From positions 230,299-294,298 of the forward strand of contig JAYPVM010000001.1 of assembly GCA_038134595.1 (NCBI GenBank): a stretch of DNA of 64,000 nucleotides, in the 5' to 3' direction. This DNA comes from Pseudomonadota bacterium. GTDB lineage: Bacteria > Bdellovibrionota_C > UBA2361 > OMII01. Shown in pieces: positions 11,601 to 23,430 of this stretch. Every line of letters starts with the position of its first letter. The stretch's first letter is position 1. A program made the position numbers and the translations under genes. The notes below the pieces were generated by a model. That model saw only the letters and a program-made list of their open reading frames with translations, did not search any database and had not been told where the DNA came from.

Positions 11601-12281
11601 GAAGCCATCATCGGTATTTTTCCGGCTAATAGTGAACGCGATGATGTTGTTGTATACGATTGTCCAGAGCGAACGCACGAGCGAGAGAGGCTTTGCTTTT
11701 TACGCCAACAGCGTGAGCGCGCAGAATTGACAAACCTTTGCCTGGCTGACTTTATCGTTCCAAGAGATCAGGGAGTCATTGATTATATGGGCGGTTTTGC
11801 CGTTGTGTGTCACGGTGTCGATGCCTTTGCTGGAGAATTTGAACAGCGTGACGACGATTATCAGTCTATAATGGTGAAAGCTCTTGGAGATAGGTTCGCA
11901 GAAGCTCTTGCTGAGTATATGCACAAGCAGGTTCGTGATCTCTGGGGGTATGGTAGTAGTGAATCTTTATCGAAGGATGATGTGATTCAAGAGAAGTATC
12001 GGGGTATTCGACCTGCTCCTGGCTATCCAGCGTGCCCTGATCATACAGAGAAAGGAAAGTTGTGGAAGCTCCTTGGTGTAGAGAGCGCGATTGGCCTACG
12101 CCTTACGGAAAATTTTGCGATGACACCAGCTAGTAGTGTTTCGGGCTTTTACTTCTCGCATCCCGAATCGAAGTATTTTAATGTCGGAAAGATAGATCGG
12201 GATCAGTTGCTCGAATACGCCAGGCGAAAAGGGATGTCTATAGACGAAGCAGAGCGGTGGCTAGCTCCAAGCCTTGGATAA
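8601..12281 (+). CDS. metH: Cobalamin-dependent methionine synthase
   Basis: [28 protein letters not shown]12-binding [27 protein letters not shown]; 1226 aa. Confidence 0.99.
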   Translation: MRQSDSLSILKSLLEKRHLFLDGGMGTMIQRYDLAEDDFRGTTLTTHPKSLKGNNDLLSITRPDIIQDIHEQFLRAGSDIIETNTFSSTRTAQADYALEFLVPEINKASVTVAKNAVAAVMRDFPQRQCFIAGAIGPTNKTASLSPDVNNPGKRLITYAILEQDYYEQALLLSEAGVDLLLVETIFDTLNAKAAISGVGRACQERGVEIPLMLSVTITDQSGRTLSGQTARAFWYSVQHADPFSIGINCALGAHEMRPYLRELAAVADCYVSCYPNAGLPNPLSETGYDETPTDTSTALGEIADDQLLNIVGGCCGTTPGHIHAICDRISDVPPHACHPRATRLSLAGLEPFVITPENPFVLIGERTNVTGSPKFRKLIEQDKYEEALSVARQQVENGANIIDVNFDEGLLDGVACMRKFLNLIASEPDIARVPIMIDSSQWSVIEAGLQCLQGRGIVNSISLKEGEDAFKRQAQAIKSYGAAMVVMAFDERGQAATLADKVRICQRAYKILTEEVGIAPHDIIFDPNVLTVATGIEEHNSYGVDFIEAVREIKATCPGALTSGGISNVSFSFRGNNRVREAMHAVFLFHAIKAGLDMGIVNAGMLEVYEQIEPELLRRVEDVILNRHDGATEALLEYADQFKGVSTSKGVARDDSWRQLPLAERISHALVKGITEFIEADTEEARQTYESPLAVIEGPLMDGMRHVGDLFGAGKMFLPQVVKSARVMKQAVAYLEPFMESAKEGAGASDRQKTFVIATVKGDVHDIGKNIVGVVLACNGYKVIDLGVMVECGEIMKAAKEHNADIIGMSGLITPSLDEMAANIREFQKDGIAIPILIGGATTSRAHTAIKLSPFYSGAVVHVADASLAAEVCANVTGEDRREAYIANLKVAQEEQRRVFAEGRREQKFVSIEEAYENRFIPKSWPSDSPMFTGVKTFKDISLEDVAEFIDWSPLFWTWDLKGSYPSILSNKRYGEHAQEILSDAQKLLGQIQREKRFSLEAIIGIFPANSERDDVVVYDCPERTHERERLCFLRQQRERAELTNLCLADFIVPRDQGVIDYMGGFAVVCHGVDAFAGEFEQRDDDYQSIMVKALGDRFAEALAEYMHKQVRDLWGYGSSESLSKDDVIQEKYRGIRPAPGYPACPDHTEKGKLWKLLGVESAIGLRLTENFAMTPASSVSGFYFSHPESKYFNVGKIDRDQLLEYARRKGMSIDEAERWLAPSLG

Positions 12282-12340
12282 TAGCCGAAGGTTTACCGGA
12301 AAAGCCTTGTTTTTGCTCTCATTTCGGTTTAATCCCCGAC

Positions 12341-14548
12341 CTATCTTAAATCCGAGACGGCGCAACGGATGAGCATGAGACCATTATGAGCAGAGCTTTG
12401 CGGTGCCATTGTACTAATAGTTGGAGCGTTGCACCTGCTTTTTGCTGCATCTGCGAGAGCTGCCTGGTAAGGCTCGAGGGATTCGTTTGTCTGAAAGATA
12501 AACAAAATCTGTTGCCAATCACGGTTGCTCGCCGTTTCCAAGATCTGTTTATCTAACTTTGTCCACAGGTAGGGCCATGTGCGAGTGAATGATTCAGTGG
12601 CTTTCAGTGGATGTGCGATATCAAATGGAACTCGGTCTGTAAAGTTTGGCATCCACAGGTTTGGTCGATTGTCCGGTAAGGTCAAGTGATCAAGGAGTAG
12701 ATATAGATATTTTCCGGCATCGTACTCTCGTGTCAAGGATCCCAGGACTATAGTGCCGGGAGTTATCGAGCGTGCTATCTCTTGAGAAATTGCTATCTCG
12801 GCGGGTTGGCGCATCTTCCAAAAACGGCCTGAGAACCAGACGTTACTTAAAAAACAGAAATATAGAGCAAAGCCGCACACGAGTGTTGTTGTGATTGCTC
12901 GGGAGACAATTCTGTTTGCGGTGTTTATATGTCTTACTATCTCTGCCAAACCAAGGGCGGCAATGATATCAAGGGCTGGATAGAGGGTTGACAGACGCTT
13001 TGGATACGCATGTTCTGATAAGATGCCGGGAAGTATGGCGGCGATAACAAATGCCCACAAGATACAACTTTCAAATCGCTTTGCATGCCGTATGAGAGTA
13101 AGTATTCCAAGCACTAGAAAGGGTACTTCCAACCATGCGACAGTCCGAGCCTGAATTAAGTCGAAATAAGGAACCCATTCTTGGTGAAAGAAGTACGGCT
13201 GCTTGAAAAATATCCCTCGGATTACGTCCCACGTTTGAGAAAGGCCAAGCGAGAGAACATGAAAAAGGGATTCAAGTGTTGAGAGGGGAGCGTTTGGATC
13301 GCCCCACGAAGCTCGTGGTCCAGTTAACGTAAACGGATTTCGAAAGACAAACGCGCCATCGGCAATGTAGTAGCTAAGGGGCAGTCCAAGGACCCATAAC
13401 CCGACACCCAACAGAACCCATGTAAGTTGTTTTCGTGAGAGGGCTGATTTTAAGCGATTGAGAATAAAAAATAAGCTAAGCGCTATAATTGGGATTATGA
13501 CAGCGGATTGCCCTGAGGGGTATTGATGCCACGTGAGACCCATTGTGAGTGCAACACCGATAGCCCATATAGGTTTTTTAGTGTCGTAAGCTTTAAGAAG
13601 AAACCAGCACAGTAACAGCGATGGCCATGTAGTCACTCCGTGAGGATGTACATCTGTTCGACTCCATCCGATATGGAGGCAGTTAAACGCAAAGAACGCC
13701 GTGGCGACGTGGCCGGCCAATCTCCCTGCGATGCGATAGGCAAGGATAAACACAAGGGGCAGTGTGGCGAGTCCAACGAGAGCAGAGGAGAGTCGAAGCG
13801 AGACTAGATCGACTGCAAATATGGATGTCGTTAGGTAAATGGGGATGTAATACAAGATGCCAAGCGGTGCCCACGGGCCATAGGTTCCTCTGTTGGCGTG
13901 CCACATTCCGGTTAGTGATGTGGCGCCCGCTGAGTATGGGCTTAATTCTCCCTCGAAGCTGTCTGCTACTACGTTGAGTGCATAGAGACGAAGGATAAGG
14001 GCTAAAACAAAGATAGCTCCTAGGATGACTCCGTCTGTGATTGTGGATTGGATCTGTCTTGTGACGAACACAGTCTCTTTTGGACTGTTACTTGATGAGC
14101 GTGCTCCAAATATGAAGCTAACCACGGCAAGAATATAAGCCGTGATGCCTGCAGGTATACCTACGGAATAGTCGACGCGCTGGATAATGCTGGGAGTTGG
14201 GGTCCCGAGCCCGAGTAGGCCGTATATCGATGAGGTGAAATACCTGTCCACGAATAGGTACTGACCGAGTGTCGCAAGTGCGAGAGAAACGATAAAATAT
14301 CGCCCCCCTCTTTGTTTAGTGGCGAATAAAAAGGCGGTAAGCACGATGGCCGTAGCACACAGTGAGTAGCCAATCCAGGGAAATGGTCTTGTGGCAAAGA
14401 GGGCTCCGATTGAGGAGCATACGGTGATAAATGGTGTCAGTAGTGAGAGAGCCACAGTGCCAGAATGAGAATCGCGCACTACTAGCCAGAAGCTAGCAGA
14501 GGTTATCACCGCCAAGATGACTAATAGTAGTTTAAAATTTATCTTCAT
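12341..14548 (-). CDS. Polytopic membrane glycosyltransferase (GT-C fold, ArnT/PMT-like)
   Basis: Many TM helices; ALILRLYAL...FEGE, SLRLSSALVG, HIGWSR, KRLSTLYP resemble GT39/GT83 proteins. Confidence 0.75.
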   Translation of the reverse strand: MKINFKLLLVILAVITSASFWLVVRDSHSGTVALSLLTPFITVCSSIGALFATRPFPWIGYSLCATAIVLTAFLFATKQRGGRYFIVSLALATLGQYLFVDRYFTSSIYGLLGLGTPTPSIIQRVDYSVGIPAGITAYILAVVSFIFGARSSSNSPKETVFVTRQIQSTITDGVILGAIFVLALILRLYALNVVADSFEGELSPYSAGATSLTGMWHANRGTYGPWAPLGILYYIPIYLTTSIFAVDLVSLRLSSALVGLATLPLVFILAYRIAGRLAGHVATAFFAFNCLHIGWSRTDVHPHGVTTWPSLLLCWFLLKAYDTKKPIWAIGVALTMGLTWHQYPSGQSAVIIPIIALSLFFILNRLKSALSRKQLTWVLLGVGLWVLGLPLSYYIADGAFVFRNPFTLTGPRASWGDPNAPLSTLESLFHVLSLGLSQTWDVIRGIFFKQPYFFHQEWVPYFDLIQARTVAWLEVPFLVLGILTLIRHAKRFESCILWAFVIAAILPGILSEHAYPKRLSTLYPALDIIAALGLAEIVRHINTANRIVSRAITTTLVCGFALYFCFLSNVWFSGRFWKMRQPAEIAISQEIARSITPGTIVLGSLTREYDAGKYLYLLLDHLTLPDNRPNLWMPNFTDRVPFDIAHPLKATESFTRTWPYLWTKLDKQILETASNRDWQQILFIFQTNESLEPYQAALADAAKSRCNAPTISTMAPQSSAHNGLMLIRCAVSDLR

Positions 14549-15024
14549 AAGAGTTTTGCTTCAAATTGATTGAGGTCTTTTTAGCGCAGTCTTTTCTAGA
14601 ATCCAGATTTCTTAGCCACTGGAAAGTCCTGTAACATTGCATCAAATAGCACATTCCTTAGAAAGTCTTCAGTGCCACCTGATTTCATGCGATTAGATAG
14701 ATAGTTACGAGTCTATAGCCGCTTTGGCAAGGTATAAGTTGCCTTTGCAATAAGACGCTCTGGCTTTCCGTACCGCGTGCGTGAGGCGGGAGACGCTTCG
14801 AGCTATTTAATGATTTCTTACCAGTGCAATTTAACGAATATGAGACGCCTATATATTTAGCAGGGTGGTGAAAAATGATTTCCTGTTGTGCATTTCGATA
14901 GCTCGTTTCGTCAAAACTCTCAAAATGCTCACGACGGAACCTTTTTTTCACCACCCCGTTAGATTGTTGGATTGAGGAGCACCTCGATAAGGTGATTTAA
15001 AAAAATAGCAGATGAACCGTGTTG

Positions 15025-15885
15025 TTATAGATGTCCCCAGATAAGGATTAGCAGTCCTATATAGATGACCACGGAGGCGAGAAGCCTTGAATTCCCCTTT
15101 GGCTCTTTGAAGATAAGGCGCCCAGAGGCTACTGAAGAGAGGAGCGAACATCGTAGTATTCCGACGACGATGTGGGCTTCGAGAAAGCTCATGGCAACTA
15201 ATTTTGAGAGGAGTTGCGCTGTTTCAAAAGCGCCACGTAAAAGTAGTGGCCGGCGGTTTTTTGTAAGGGCTTGCATAAAGTGGCGATGCCGTACAGCTAG
15301 CGGTAGCGTGAAGAGGCTAGCTAATAATGTCATAGAGAAACCCGCTATGAGCGGACTACTTGTGGAAACCGCGAGGCGATCGAAGCAGTGGTTTAGTGCA
15401 AACGCACAGGATGCAGCAAGTGCATAGAGGATTGCGCGCAGTTGAAAAATCTCGCCGGTAAGGGCATTTTTTTGGAGTAATAAAAGGCTTCCTAGTACGA
15501 TTAAAATGATTCCTGTCGCATCAACTGGCGTCACGGCATCTGCCGTAATGAAAGGAGAGATGACGATAAGAATAAGGGGAGACAGGGAGAGAAAGCCAGT
15601 TACAAGAGAGATATCGCCAAGGGCAAGGGCGCGCATTTTACACCCCTCTGCACATACATCAGTTATGCTTCGAAGAATAACTAAGAAAACAAACTGAGGT
15701 GAAAACACCAGGTCCTCGTACCCAAGCACATAAGCAAGTGTAGTAATGACTGCATAGAAGGGAAGCGCAAAGAAAAATGACGCACAGGTAGAGATATCTG
15801 GATGGATAGACTTGCTAACCGCCTTGCTCACAACATCCTTTGCCGTTGTGCTCAGTGCGCTAAGAAAAGCGAGTATTAATCCCAT
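15025..15885 (-). CDS. DMT/EamA-family transporter
   Basis: About 10 TM helices in two repeats; ALALGDISLVTGFLSLSP. Confidence 0.8.
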   Translation of the reverse strand: MGLILAFLSALSTTAKDVVSKAVSKSIHPDISTCASFFFALPFYAVITTLAYVLGYEDLVFSPQFVFLVILRSITDVCAEGCKMRALALGDISLVTGFLSLSPLILIVISPFITADAVTPVDATGIILIVLGSLLLLQKNALTGEIFQLRAILYALAASCAFALNHCFDRLAVSTSSPLIAGFSMTLLASLFTLPLAVRHRHFMQALTKNRRPLLLRGAFETAQLLSKLVAMSFLEAHIVVGILRCSLLSSVASGRLIFKEPKGNSRLLASVVIYIGLLILIWGHL

Positions 15886-16275
15886 GCCGTAGTCCTAGGT
15901 CTAAAATCTAAGAGCTTGAAAATCCCCTTGTGTGTTGGAGCGCAGGGCGGCTAGCGAACCTGTCAATTGGTAAGCGGTAACGAACCAATTGAGTAACCCT
16001 GATACTTCCTTGGAGATTCGTTCGATATTTCGAGACAGCCTCTCGTTATTGAGGGTATTACGAAGCAGCGAAAGGCGAAAAGTGCCAAAAATGAATTATA
16101 TGAGGAGGTTGAGCGAAATATCGAAGGGCTCTTTTTCGTTGAATCGTCAGAGAGCAATTGGTATAGAAGGGTGTTTCATTTTGGAAGTGGTGTCTTTTGT
16201 GGAAGTTAGCAAGCAAACAATAAAAAAAGTGACGCTTGTCATATTTTCATCTGGACAATTGATGCAGGTTCCTCG

Positions 16276-16323
16276 TACATATATATTGTAGTTAGTTCCT
16301 TTGTTGGATACTACATCTTGTGG
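16276..16323 (+). promoter_or_regulatory. Tandem NrdR boxes upstream of nrdAB
   Basis: tacatatatattgtag (16276-16291) and atactacatcttgtgg (16308-16323) resemble the NrdR consensus acaCwAtATaTwGtg. Their starts are 32 bp apart, the usual spacing. Confidence 0.8.
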
Positions 16324-16440
16324 TTGGTAGGCTCCAAAAGCTAATCGCTCAGCAAGAAATACGGGGAAACGTTCAAAAATGAGCGAACGTAACCTTATGC
16401 ACTAAAACAACGTTATATAAGCGTGGGAGTATAAAAGAAC

Positions 16441-19400
16441 ATGGCGGTAGCAACAGGAGATACGCAGAGCGGTGGGGCAACACAATTTAACGGAGTCGTT
16501 GCCAGTAATGGGGTTGAAACGTTTAAGTCGACCTCTCTTGAGAACCACACGGTGGTGAAGCGTAACGGACAGCTCGTGCCATTTAGACGTTCTCGTATCC
16601 TTCGCGCAGTAGAGTTGGCGATACGGGCTACGTATTCAATAGCTCCTAGTGCGCCGTTACCACAGGAGTGGCACAGCAAAGCGCAGGAACTAACAGAGGG
16701 TGTCATTAAGACTATAGCGTTGGAAGCTGCAAAGGGGGCCTGTGTAACGGTAGAGGGCATTCAGGATGCGGTAGAGGTGTCCTTGATGCAGGCAGAGCTC
16801 TACGATGTGGCTAGAAATTACATTATATACAGAGATGAGCACAAAGCTGCGCGAGAGGATTCGCCCCGAAATCTAAAGATTACCCGACGGGATGGCAAGA
16901 CAGTAGTGAAGTTTAACCCGATGAAGATTGCATCGGCAATTGAGCGTGCCTTTCGTGCTTCAATGGAGCTCGACGGACAGACTCCGCCACAAGTAGTCAG
17001 CGCTGTAAATCAGGTAACCAACAAAGTGGTGAGTCGTGCAATGGAGATGTCGCGAGATGGCGTTGATTTGCATGTAGAGCTCATCCAAGACGAGGTCGAG
17101 CGTCAAATGATGGCCGAAGGCTACTATCAAATAGCTAAGGATTTCATTATCTATCGAGCAAAACGGTCGGCTCAGCGAGAGCTCGAAGATGCGCGTGAGG
17201 TTGCGGCTGTTGAGACGCCTGCTGTTGAAAAGAAGCCACGAGCTAAGGGAAGAGAGTTTGCAGCGACGGCTCCAGACGGAACGAAGATGTCAATATCAGA
17301 GGGGGAGCTGCGGAGTCGTCTAGAGCATGCCTGTAGAGGTCTTGAGAAGCTAACGAATCCAGAAGAGATACTTCAAGAGTCACTCAAAAACTTCTACGAG
17401 GGGATAAAGGTTGCCGAGATCGACCAAGCAAATATCATGGCAGCTCGGTCGAAGATAGAGAAGGATCCTGCTTACTCACATGTCACCGCCCGCTTGCTTC
17501 TTGATATTATCTATCGAGAGACGATGCAGGTTGACGCGCACAGTAAAGACCTAACCAAGGCACACCAGGAATACTTCAAGGCTGCTCTAAAGAAGGGTGT
17601 CTCTGTCGAGCGCATGGCCCCAGAACTGCTCGACTTCGATCTCGATAAGCTCGCAAAGGCGTTGAAATTAGAGCGCGATCTCGAGTTTCACTACTTGGGA
17701 CTTCAAACGCTTTACGATCGATACTTGATTCATCATGAAGATGTGAGACTTGAGACGCCGCAGATCTTCTGGATGCGTGTTGCAATGGGCCTAAGTGTGA
17801 ATGAGGGTAAACTCAAGAACGAAAGAGCCATTGAGTTTTATAATGTTCTTTCGAGCTTTCTCTTTACCTCGAGTACGCCAACGTTGTTCAACGCTGGAAC
17901 GCTTCATCCCCAATTGAGCTCATGTTACTTGACCACAATTATGGATGATTTACAGCACATATTTAAGTGCGTATCAGATGATGCACAACTTTCCAAATGG
18001 GCTGGAGGTCTTGGAAACGACTGGACGAACGTGCGCGCTACAGGAGCGCGCATCAAGGGAACAAATGGACGAAGCCAGGGGGTGATTCCATTCTTAAAAG
18101 TCGCAAATGATACCGCTGTCGCTGTCAATCAGGGAGGAAAGCGCAAAGGTGCGATGTGCGCATATCTAGAAACATGGCACTTGGATGTGGAGGATTTTCT
18201 AGAGCTAAGAAAGAACACGGGAGATGAGCGGCGTAGAACACACGACATGAATACAGCAAACTGGATTCCTGACTTGTTCATGAAAAGGGTTGCTCAAAAT
18301 GCCAAGTGGACTCTTTTTAGCCCAAGTGATGTGCCAGACCTGCACGACCTTTATGGTGCGAAGTTCGAGACTCGTTACCAAGAGTACGAAGCTATGGCTG
18401 AGCGCGGTGAGATAAAACTGCACAAGACTGTTGAGGCTATGACGTTGTGGCGTAAGATGCTAAGCATGGTTTTTGAGACCGGACATCCATGGATTACCTT
18501 CAAAGACCCATCTAATCTGCGCTCTCCGCAGGATCACGTTGGAGTTGTTCATAGTTCAAACTTGTGTACAGAGATCCTTTTAAATACATCCGCTGATGAG
18601 ACAGCTGTATGTAATCTAGGATCGGTGAATCTTGTTCGTCACGTTAGCAAGGACGGGTTGGATCACAAGCTTTTGGAGAAAACCGTCCGAACAGCTGTCC
18701 GAATGCTTGATAACGTTATCGATATTAACTTCTATCCGACAGCGGAGGCAAAAAACGCCAACTTGAGACACCGTCCTATTGGCCTCGGTCTCATGGGCTT
18801 TCAGGACGCCCTGTATGCACAGCGCATTAGCTACGCCAGTCCGGGAGCGGTGAAGTTTGCAGATGAGAGTATGGAGGCGATATCGTACTACGCGATCCTT
18901 GCATCGACTGAGCTAGCTAAAGAGAAAGGTACTTACACAACGTATGAAGGCTCTAAGTGGTCAAGGGGGCTACTGCCGATAGACACTGTGGCATCCTTAC
19001 CAGAGTCTCGTGGAGCTGAATATGCTGAAGTTGATTCGTCTTCGACTCTCGATTGGGGAGTTGTTCGCGAGGCGGTTAAAAAGCATGGAATGCGAAACAG
19101 CAATACCATGGCAATTGCTCCTACCGCGACTATCTCCAACATTACAGGTGTGAGTCAGTCGATCGAACCGAACTACAAGCATTTGTATGCAAAATCGAAC
19201 CTTTCGGGAGAGTTTATTGTTCACAATACATTCCTTGTAGAAGAGCTTAAGAAACTCAATATGTGGGATGAAGATATGATTGATGACCTTAAGTACTTCG
19301 ATGGGTCTATTCAAGAGATTGAGCGAATTCCTGAGGAGCTCAAAAGCGTGTATCTCACTGCGTTCGAGATAGAGCCCGAGTGGTTGATCGAATGTGGAAG

Positions 19401-19722
19401 CCGCCGTCAGAAGTGGATAGATATGGGACAGTCTCTCAATCTGTATATTGCAGAGCCTAGTGGTAAGAAGCTCCACGAGATGTACATGAGTGCATGGAAA
19501 AAGGGGCTTAAGACTACATATTATCTCCGGTCTCTAGGCGCTACACAGATCGAAAAGTCGACAACGGATGTGAATAAACGGGGATTGCAACCTCGTTGGA
19601 TGAAGAACAAGTCGGCATCGAGCGAAGTAGCTGTTCAGCGAGCGCCGGTGGCGGCACAACCTGCCAAGGCAGAGGTGCCAAAGGTTTGTGGACTCGATGG
19701 CGACTGTGAGAGTTGTCAGTAG
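16441..19722 (+). CDS. nrdA: Ribonucleoside-diphosphate reductase alpha subunit with multiple N-terminal ATP-cones
   Basis: [51 protein letters not shown]-terminal CESCQ; cone starts VVKRNG and ITRRDG. Confidence 0.98.
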   Translation: MAVATGDTQSGGATQFNGVVASNGVETFKSTSLENHTVVKRNGQLVPFRRSRILRAVELAIRATYSIAPSAPLPQEWHSKAQELTEGVIKTIALEAAKGACVTVEGIQDAVEVSLMQAELYDVARNYIIYRDEHKAAREDSPRNLKITRRDGKTVVKFNPMKIASAIERAFRASMELDGQTPPQVVSAVNQVTNKVVSRAMEMSRDGVDLHVELIQDEVERQMMAEGYYQIAKDFIIYRAKRSAQRELEDAREVAAVETPAVEKKPRAKGREFAATAPDGTKMSISEGELRSRLEHACRGLEKLTNPEEILQESLKNFYEGIKVAEIDQANIMAARSKIEKDPAYSHVTARLLLDIIYRETMQVDAHSKDLTKAHQEYFKAALKKGVSVERMAPELLDFDLDKLAKALKLERDLEFHYLGLQTLYDRYLIHHEDVRLETPQIFWMRVAMGLSVNEGKLKNERAIEFYNVLSSFLFTSSTPTLFNAGTLHPQLSSCYLTTIMDDLQHIFKCVSDDAQLSKWAGGLGNDWTNVRATGARIKGTNGRSQGVIPFLKVANDTAVAVNQGGKRKGAMCAYLETWHLDVEDFLELRKNTGDERRRTHDMNTANWIPDLFMKRVAQNAKWTLFSPSDVPDLHDLYGAKFETRYQEYEAMAERGEIKLHKTVEAMTLWRKMLSMVFETGHPWITFKDPSNLRSPQDHVGVVHSSNLCTEILLNTSADETAVCNLGSVNLVRHVSKDGLDHKLLEKTVRTAVRMLDNVIDINFYPTAEAKNANLRHRPIGLGLMGFQDALYAQRISYASPGAVKFADESMEAISYYAILASTELAKEKGTYTTYEGSKWSRGLLPIDTVASLPESRGAEYAEVDSSSTLDWGVVREAVKKHGMRNSNTMAIAPTATISNITGVSQSIEPNYKHLYAKSNLSGEFIVHNTFLVEELKKLNMWDEDMIDDLKYFDGSIQEIERIPEELKSVYLTAFEIEPEWLIECGSRRQKWIDMGQSLNLYIAEPSGKKLHEMYMSAWKKGLKTTYYLRSLGATQIEKSTTDVNKRGLQPRWMKNKSASSEVAVQRAPVAAQPAKAEVPKVCGLDGDCESCQ

Positions 19723-19769
19723 TGGTAGTTTTATAACGGGATAAGGTAACTAAAACGAAGGGGTAGGAA

Positions 19770-20843
19770 ATGTTAAACTTTGATGACGTTGGAGCAAACG
19801 ACGATAACGCAAATGCTGGAGAAGAGGCTAACAAGCGAATTCGCGCAGACGACAAACGGTTGATAAATTGTGCTGCTGTTGACGTCAATCAGCTGATGCC
19901 ATTGAAATACAAGTGGGCCTGGGAGCACTATCTAAATGGTTGTGCCAACAACTGGCTCCCCAACGAAGTTCCTATGGGTAAAGATATTGAGCTGTGGAAG
20001 TCAAATGCTTTATCTGATGATGAGCGTCGAGTAATTCTACGGAACCTTGGGTTTTTTAGTACAGCAGAGAGCTTGGTGGGTAATAATATTACTCTTGCTA
20101 TTTTTAAGCACGTTACAAATCCAGAGTGTCGGCAGTATTTGTTGCGGCAGGCATTTGAGGAGGCCGTCCATACTCACACGTTCCACTATGTAGTTGAATC
20201 ACTTTCCCTAGACCAGGGTGAGGTTTTCAATATGTATAACGAGGTGAACTCAATTAATGAAAAAGATCAGTTCGAGATGCAGTTAACAGCTGATGTGCTT
20301 CGACCTGATTTTACGACCAAGACGCAGGAAGGTGCTCAGAAGTTCCTAGAAAATCTAATCGGCTTCTATGTTATTATGGAAGGAATATTCTTCTACAGCG
20401 GTTTTGTAATGATTCTTTCGTTCCACAGGCAGAATAAGATGACTGGCATCGGAGAGCAGTTCCAGTACATCTTGCGAGACGAGACGATCCACTTGAATTT
20501 TGGAATTGATCTTATCAATACCATCAAGGCCGAGAACCCTCATCTGTGGACTGAGGAGTTCCAAGAGCATATTGTGAACAAGATTCGCCAGGCTGTGGAG
20601 CTTGAATACAAGTATGCTGAAGACTGTCTCCCAAGGGGTATCTTAGGACTGACAGCTCCGATGTTCCGAGATTATGTTCAGTATATAGCAGATCGTCGTC
20701 TAGAGCGTATCGGATTACCAACTCAGTATGGCTCGAAGAATCCATTCCCATGGATGAGTGAGACTATTGATCTTGGAAAGGAGAAGAATTTCTTCGAGAC
20801 GAGAGTTACTGAGTATCAGACAGCGGCATCGCTTGCTTGGTAG
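19770..20843 (+). CDS. nrdB: Ribonucleotide reductase beta subunit, class Ic-type (R2c)
   Basis: [47 protein letters not shown]. Confidence 0.97.
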   Translation: MLNFDDVGANDDNANAGEEANKRIRADDKRLINCAAVDVNQLMPLKYKWAWEHYLNGCANNWLPNEVPMGKDIELWKSNALSDDERRVILRNLGFFSTAESLVGNNITLAIFKHVTNPECRQYLLRQAFEEAVHTHTFHYVVESLSLDQGEVFNMYNEVNSINEKDQFEMQLTADVLRPDFTTKTQEGAQKFLENLIGFYVIMEGIFFYSGFVMILSFHRQNKMTGIGEQFQYILRDETIHLNFGIDLINTIKAENPHLWTEEFQEHIVNKIRQAVELEYKYAEDCLPRGILGLTAPMFRDYVQYIADRRLERIGLPTQYGSKNPFPWMSETIDLGKEKNFFETRVTEYQTAASLAW

Positions 20844-20866
20844 GCTCTCGCTCAGAGAGTAAACTT

Positions 20867-20904
20867 GCGGGGCATTTGGAGAGTAGTATCTTCAAATGTC
20901 CCGT
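20867..20904 (+). terminator. Long hairpin after nrdB (terminator or 3' stabilising stem)
   Basis: gcggggcatttggaga pairs with tcttcaaatgtcccgt (~16 bp including G-U). No clear U-tract. Confidence 0.5.
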
Positions 20905-20974
20905 ACGTGATCAGGTTAAAGATTTGCTTGAGTGAGTTAAGTCGAGTCTTGCGATATTTAAAAGGGACAAAGGC

Positions 20975-21367
20975 GTGGTAGATGTGTCCAAAAAAAGCTC
21001 TTCCCCTGAATTAAGCCCACCAAGACTAAACTTGGTAGTTGTTAGGGCCTCGGATATGGAGGTAAGCCAGAGATTTTATGAACTCTTGGGGCTTCAATTT
21101 ACAAAACACCAACACGGGGCGGGGCCGGAACATCTATGTGCCGAGTTAGATGGAGAGGTTGTTTTTGAAATCTATCCGACTGTTTCTGATGCTGCCGAAG
21201 AAAATCACGTCCGCTTGGGATTTACGGTATCTAACGTTGACGCTCTTCTAAGTGTCATTAGCAGTAACGGCTACACCGTACACACCAACGCCAGTCAAAC
21301 ACAATGGGGCTATCGAGCGGTAGTGCTGGATCCCGATAGTAATCGGGTTGAGTTAGTGCAAGGTTAA
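20975..21367 (+). CDS. VOC/glyoxalase-bleomycin resistance family protein
   Basis: RFYELLGLQF, HQHGAGPEH, WGYRAVVLDPDSNRVEL. Confidence 0.9.
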   Translation: MVDVSKKSSSPELSPPRLNLVVVRASDMEVSQRFYELLGLQFTKHQHGAGPEHLCAELDGEVVFEIYPTVSDAAEENHVRLGFTVSNVDALLSVISSNGYTVHTNASQTQWGYRAVVLDPDSNRVELVQG

Positions 21368-21368
21368 G

Positions 21369-22478
21369 ATGGTTGAGACTGACAAGAACGTGCTCATTGT
21401 TGGCGCCGGACCAGCAGGCTTAGCGTTGGGAAACTTATTAGCAAATGCCAGTATCTCTTCGTGCATTGTTGATAAGGCGCGCCAAGCTCACCAACAAAGT
21501 AGGGCGTGTAGCATTCAGCCTAAGACATTTGAGTTGTTCCGTAGTTTAGGCCTCTACGAGGAACTTCAGACACGGTCTATTCCTCTTCTTGGTAACAGAG
21601 TGTATGTAGATGGGGTTCTGCAAGTCGAGTTTTCGTTTGAGGATCCCGATACGGGTGAAACTACGGTTGCCATTGAGCAGTGTGTCGTAGAACAGATGCT
21701 AAGAGATCGACTGACTCGGTTGGATGTCGAGATAGAGCAGGGCGTCGAATGTGTCGGTGTTACTGCTGAAGCAAACGGCATGCGTGTGAAGCTTTTAGAG
21801 AACAAAGAAGAGAGAGAGCGTTATGCAGACGTGCTTGTCGGGTGTGATGGAGGTCGGAGTGCTGTAAGAAAAATGGCAGGAATTCAGTTTCCTGGCTTTA
21901 AATATCCGGAAAAAAGCTTCATCTCGGATATTGTTTTGGAATCCGACCTAGATCGGAGCTACATGCATTACTTTCTCGATGCGGCTACGAGGCTAGTGGT
22001 TGTGCCATTGCCCGAACCAAATCGCTTCAAAGTAAGTGGATGCACATCGTTGCCCGAGGGAGCGTGCTCACGGTCGGTTCTGGTTGACAGCTTGGAGCGA
22101 CACTCGACTGGACGTTTTCGCATAGAGGATGTGCTCCATTTTGAGTTTTACGAGATGCATTCTCGATTAGCAGAGACATTTGCGTTGGATAAGATAGTTT
22201 TGTGCGGCGATGCCGCGCATCTTATGCCTCCGAATGGGGGGCAGGGTTTGAGCCTGGCATTCGAAGATGCCCAAATTTTGGCAGAATGCCTCGGTTCCTA
22301 TCTCGGGTCTGAAGAGCTCTCTAAGATACAGCCTTATGTGGATAGACGGACTGAGGTAGAGCAACGTATTAGAGAAGCTATCGCTACCAAGAAGCGTTAC
22401 AGCTATGAGCATTTAAAGCAGGGGGCAACCGAGCGCCACGGAGAGCAGCAAAGAATCGTTGCGCAGGAATTGCGATAA
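21369..22478 (+). CDS. FAD-dependent monooxygenase (PheA/TfdB/Rox-like)
   Basis: GAGPAG, VGCDGGRSAVRK, GDAAHLMPPNGGQG. Confidence 0.9.
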   Translation: MVETDKNVLIVGAGPAGLALGNLLANASISSCIVDKARQAHQQSRACSIQPKTFELFRSLGLYEELQTRSIPLLGNRVYVDGVLQVEFSFEDPDTGETTVAIEQCVVEQMLRDRLTRLDVEIEQGVECVGVTAEANGMRVKLLENKEERERYADVLVGCDGGRSAVRKMAGIQFPGFKYPEKSFISDIVLESDLDRSYMHYFLDAATRLVVVPLPEPNRFKVSGCTSLPEGACSRSVLVDSLERHSTGRFRIEDVLHFEFYEMHSRLAETFALDKIVLCGDAAHLMPPNGGQGLSLAFEDAQILAECLGSYLGSEELSKIQPYVDRRTEVEQRIREAIATKKRYSYEHLKQGATERHGEQQRIVAQELR

Positions 22479-22638
22479 TAAGATTGCGTTTATCACGCAG
22501 TCGCATATCCTTTTGCAGAGAGGTTGTAGAATGTGGCGCAACCTCTTTGTTGGTAAAGCGGTTTTTGAGGGGGATAGTGGTCATTCACTACCAAATAAAA
22601 CCTTCGAGGGCTAAGCTGCTGGTATAAAGCGAGGGAGG

Positions 22639-23430
22639 TTATGATGAAGCTGATTCATAGCGTAGCAGTGCAGTGCGCCACAACCTGAGTATCACTAGTA
22701 AGCTGGCGACAATGGCGCCGATAAAGTAGGTGACCTCAGACCAGGTTCCAGTACCTAGAAGAAACCGGCAAGAGAAACTGCCGGCGATCAGTATAGGAAT
22801 AATACGAGTAAAGAGAGTGCGAAACGTTTCAGGATACACAAAATCTGGCCACCGTTGAACCTGTTGGCTATTGAGTCGGATGAAATTAATTCCATCACCA
22901 GAAGTTGTCCAGAACATCGCCATGGCTATTGCTATTTCAATGAAAACTTGAAGCGCAAAGCTAAGGCAGAATAACAAAGGTGCTACTAGCCAAGAAAGCC
23001 ACGGTAACCCAATAGTCGTGCCGTAGTATATGAAACAGCAAATATAGAGAGGAAACGTACAGAGAGACGCGGGTCGAATGTATGCTGTGAAGATATCAAA
23101 GAGAGAACTCAACGGCCGCAGGAGGCGAAAATCAAGCTTACCAGTACGAATTTCGTCTGATAGGTTCCAAAAATTAGCAGAGATAAGAGCAAGGTGCAGA
23201 GATAAGAGGCTCTGCACCCAAAATAGAAATAACATAAACTCTTCTCGTTGCCAGGAGCCAAGCTCGTTAATGTGGCTAAAGATAAGCTCTGCTGATAGAT
23301 AAACCGTTAAGAAACTAGCTGCTTCTGCGAGTATGGTAGCGATAAAGCTTATGCGAAATGCAAGAAGCTTTGATGTGCTGTTAACCAACTGTTGGCAAAA
23401 AACCTGGCAGTAGGGTAGTAGAATTCTCAT
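22639..23430 (-). CDS. ABC-2 type permease (DUF990 family)
   Basis: Six TM helices; EIRTGKLDFRLLRP. Confidence 0.85.
   Translation of the reverse strand: MRILLPYCQVFCQQLVNSTSKLLAFRISFIATILAEAASFLTVYLSAELIFSHINELGSWQREEFMLFLFWVQSLLSLHLALISANFWNLSDEIRTGKLDFRLLRPLSSLFDIFTAYIRPASLCTFPLYICCFIYYGTTIGLPWLSWLVAPLLFCLSFALQVFIEIAIAMAMFWTTSGDGINFIRLNSQQVQRWPDFVYPETFRTLFTRIIPILIAGSFSCRFLLGTGTWSEVTYFIGAIVASLLVILRLWRTALLRYESASS

Noticed and set aside
14560..15020. Small ORFs 14685-14954 and 14948-15151
   Set aside because: No motifs or RBS support, and one overlaps the EamA gene. Treated as intergenic.
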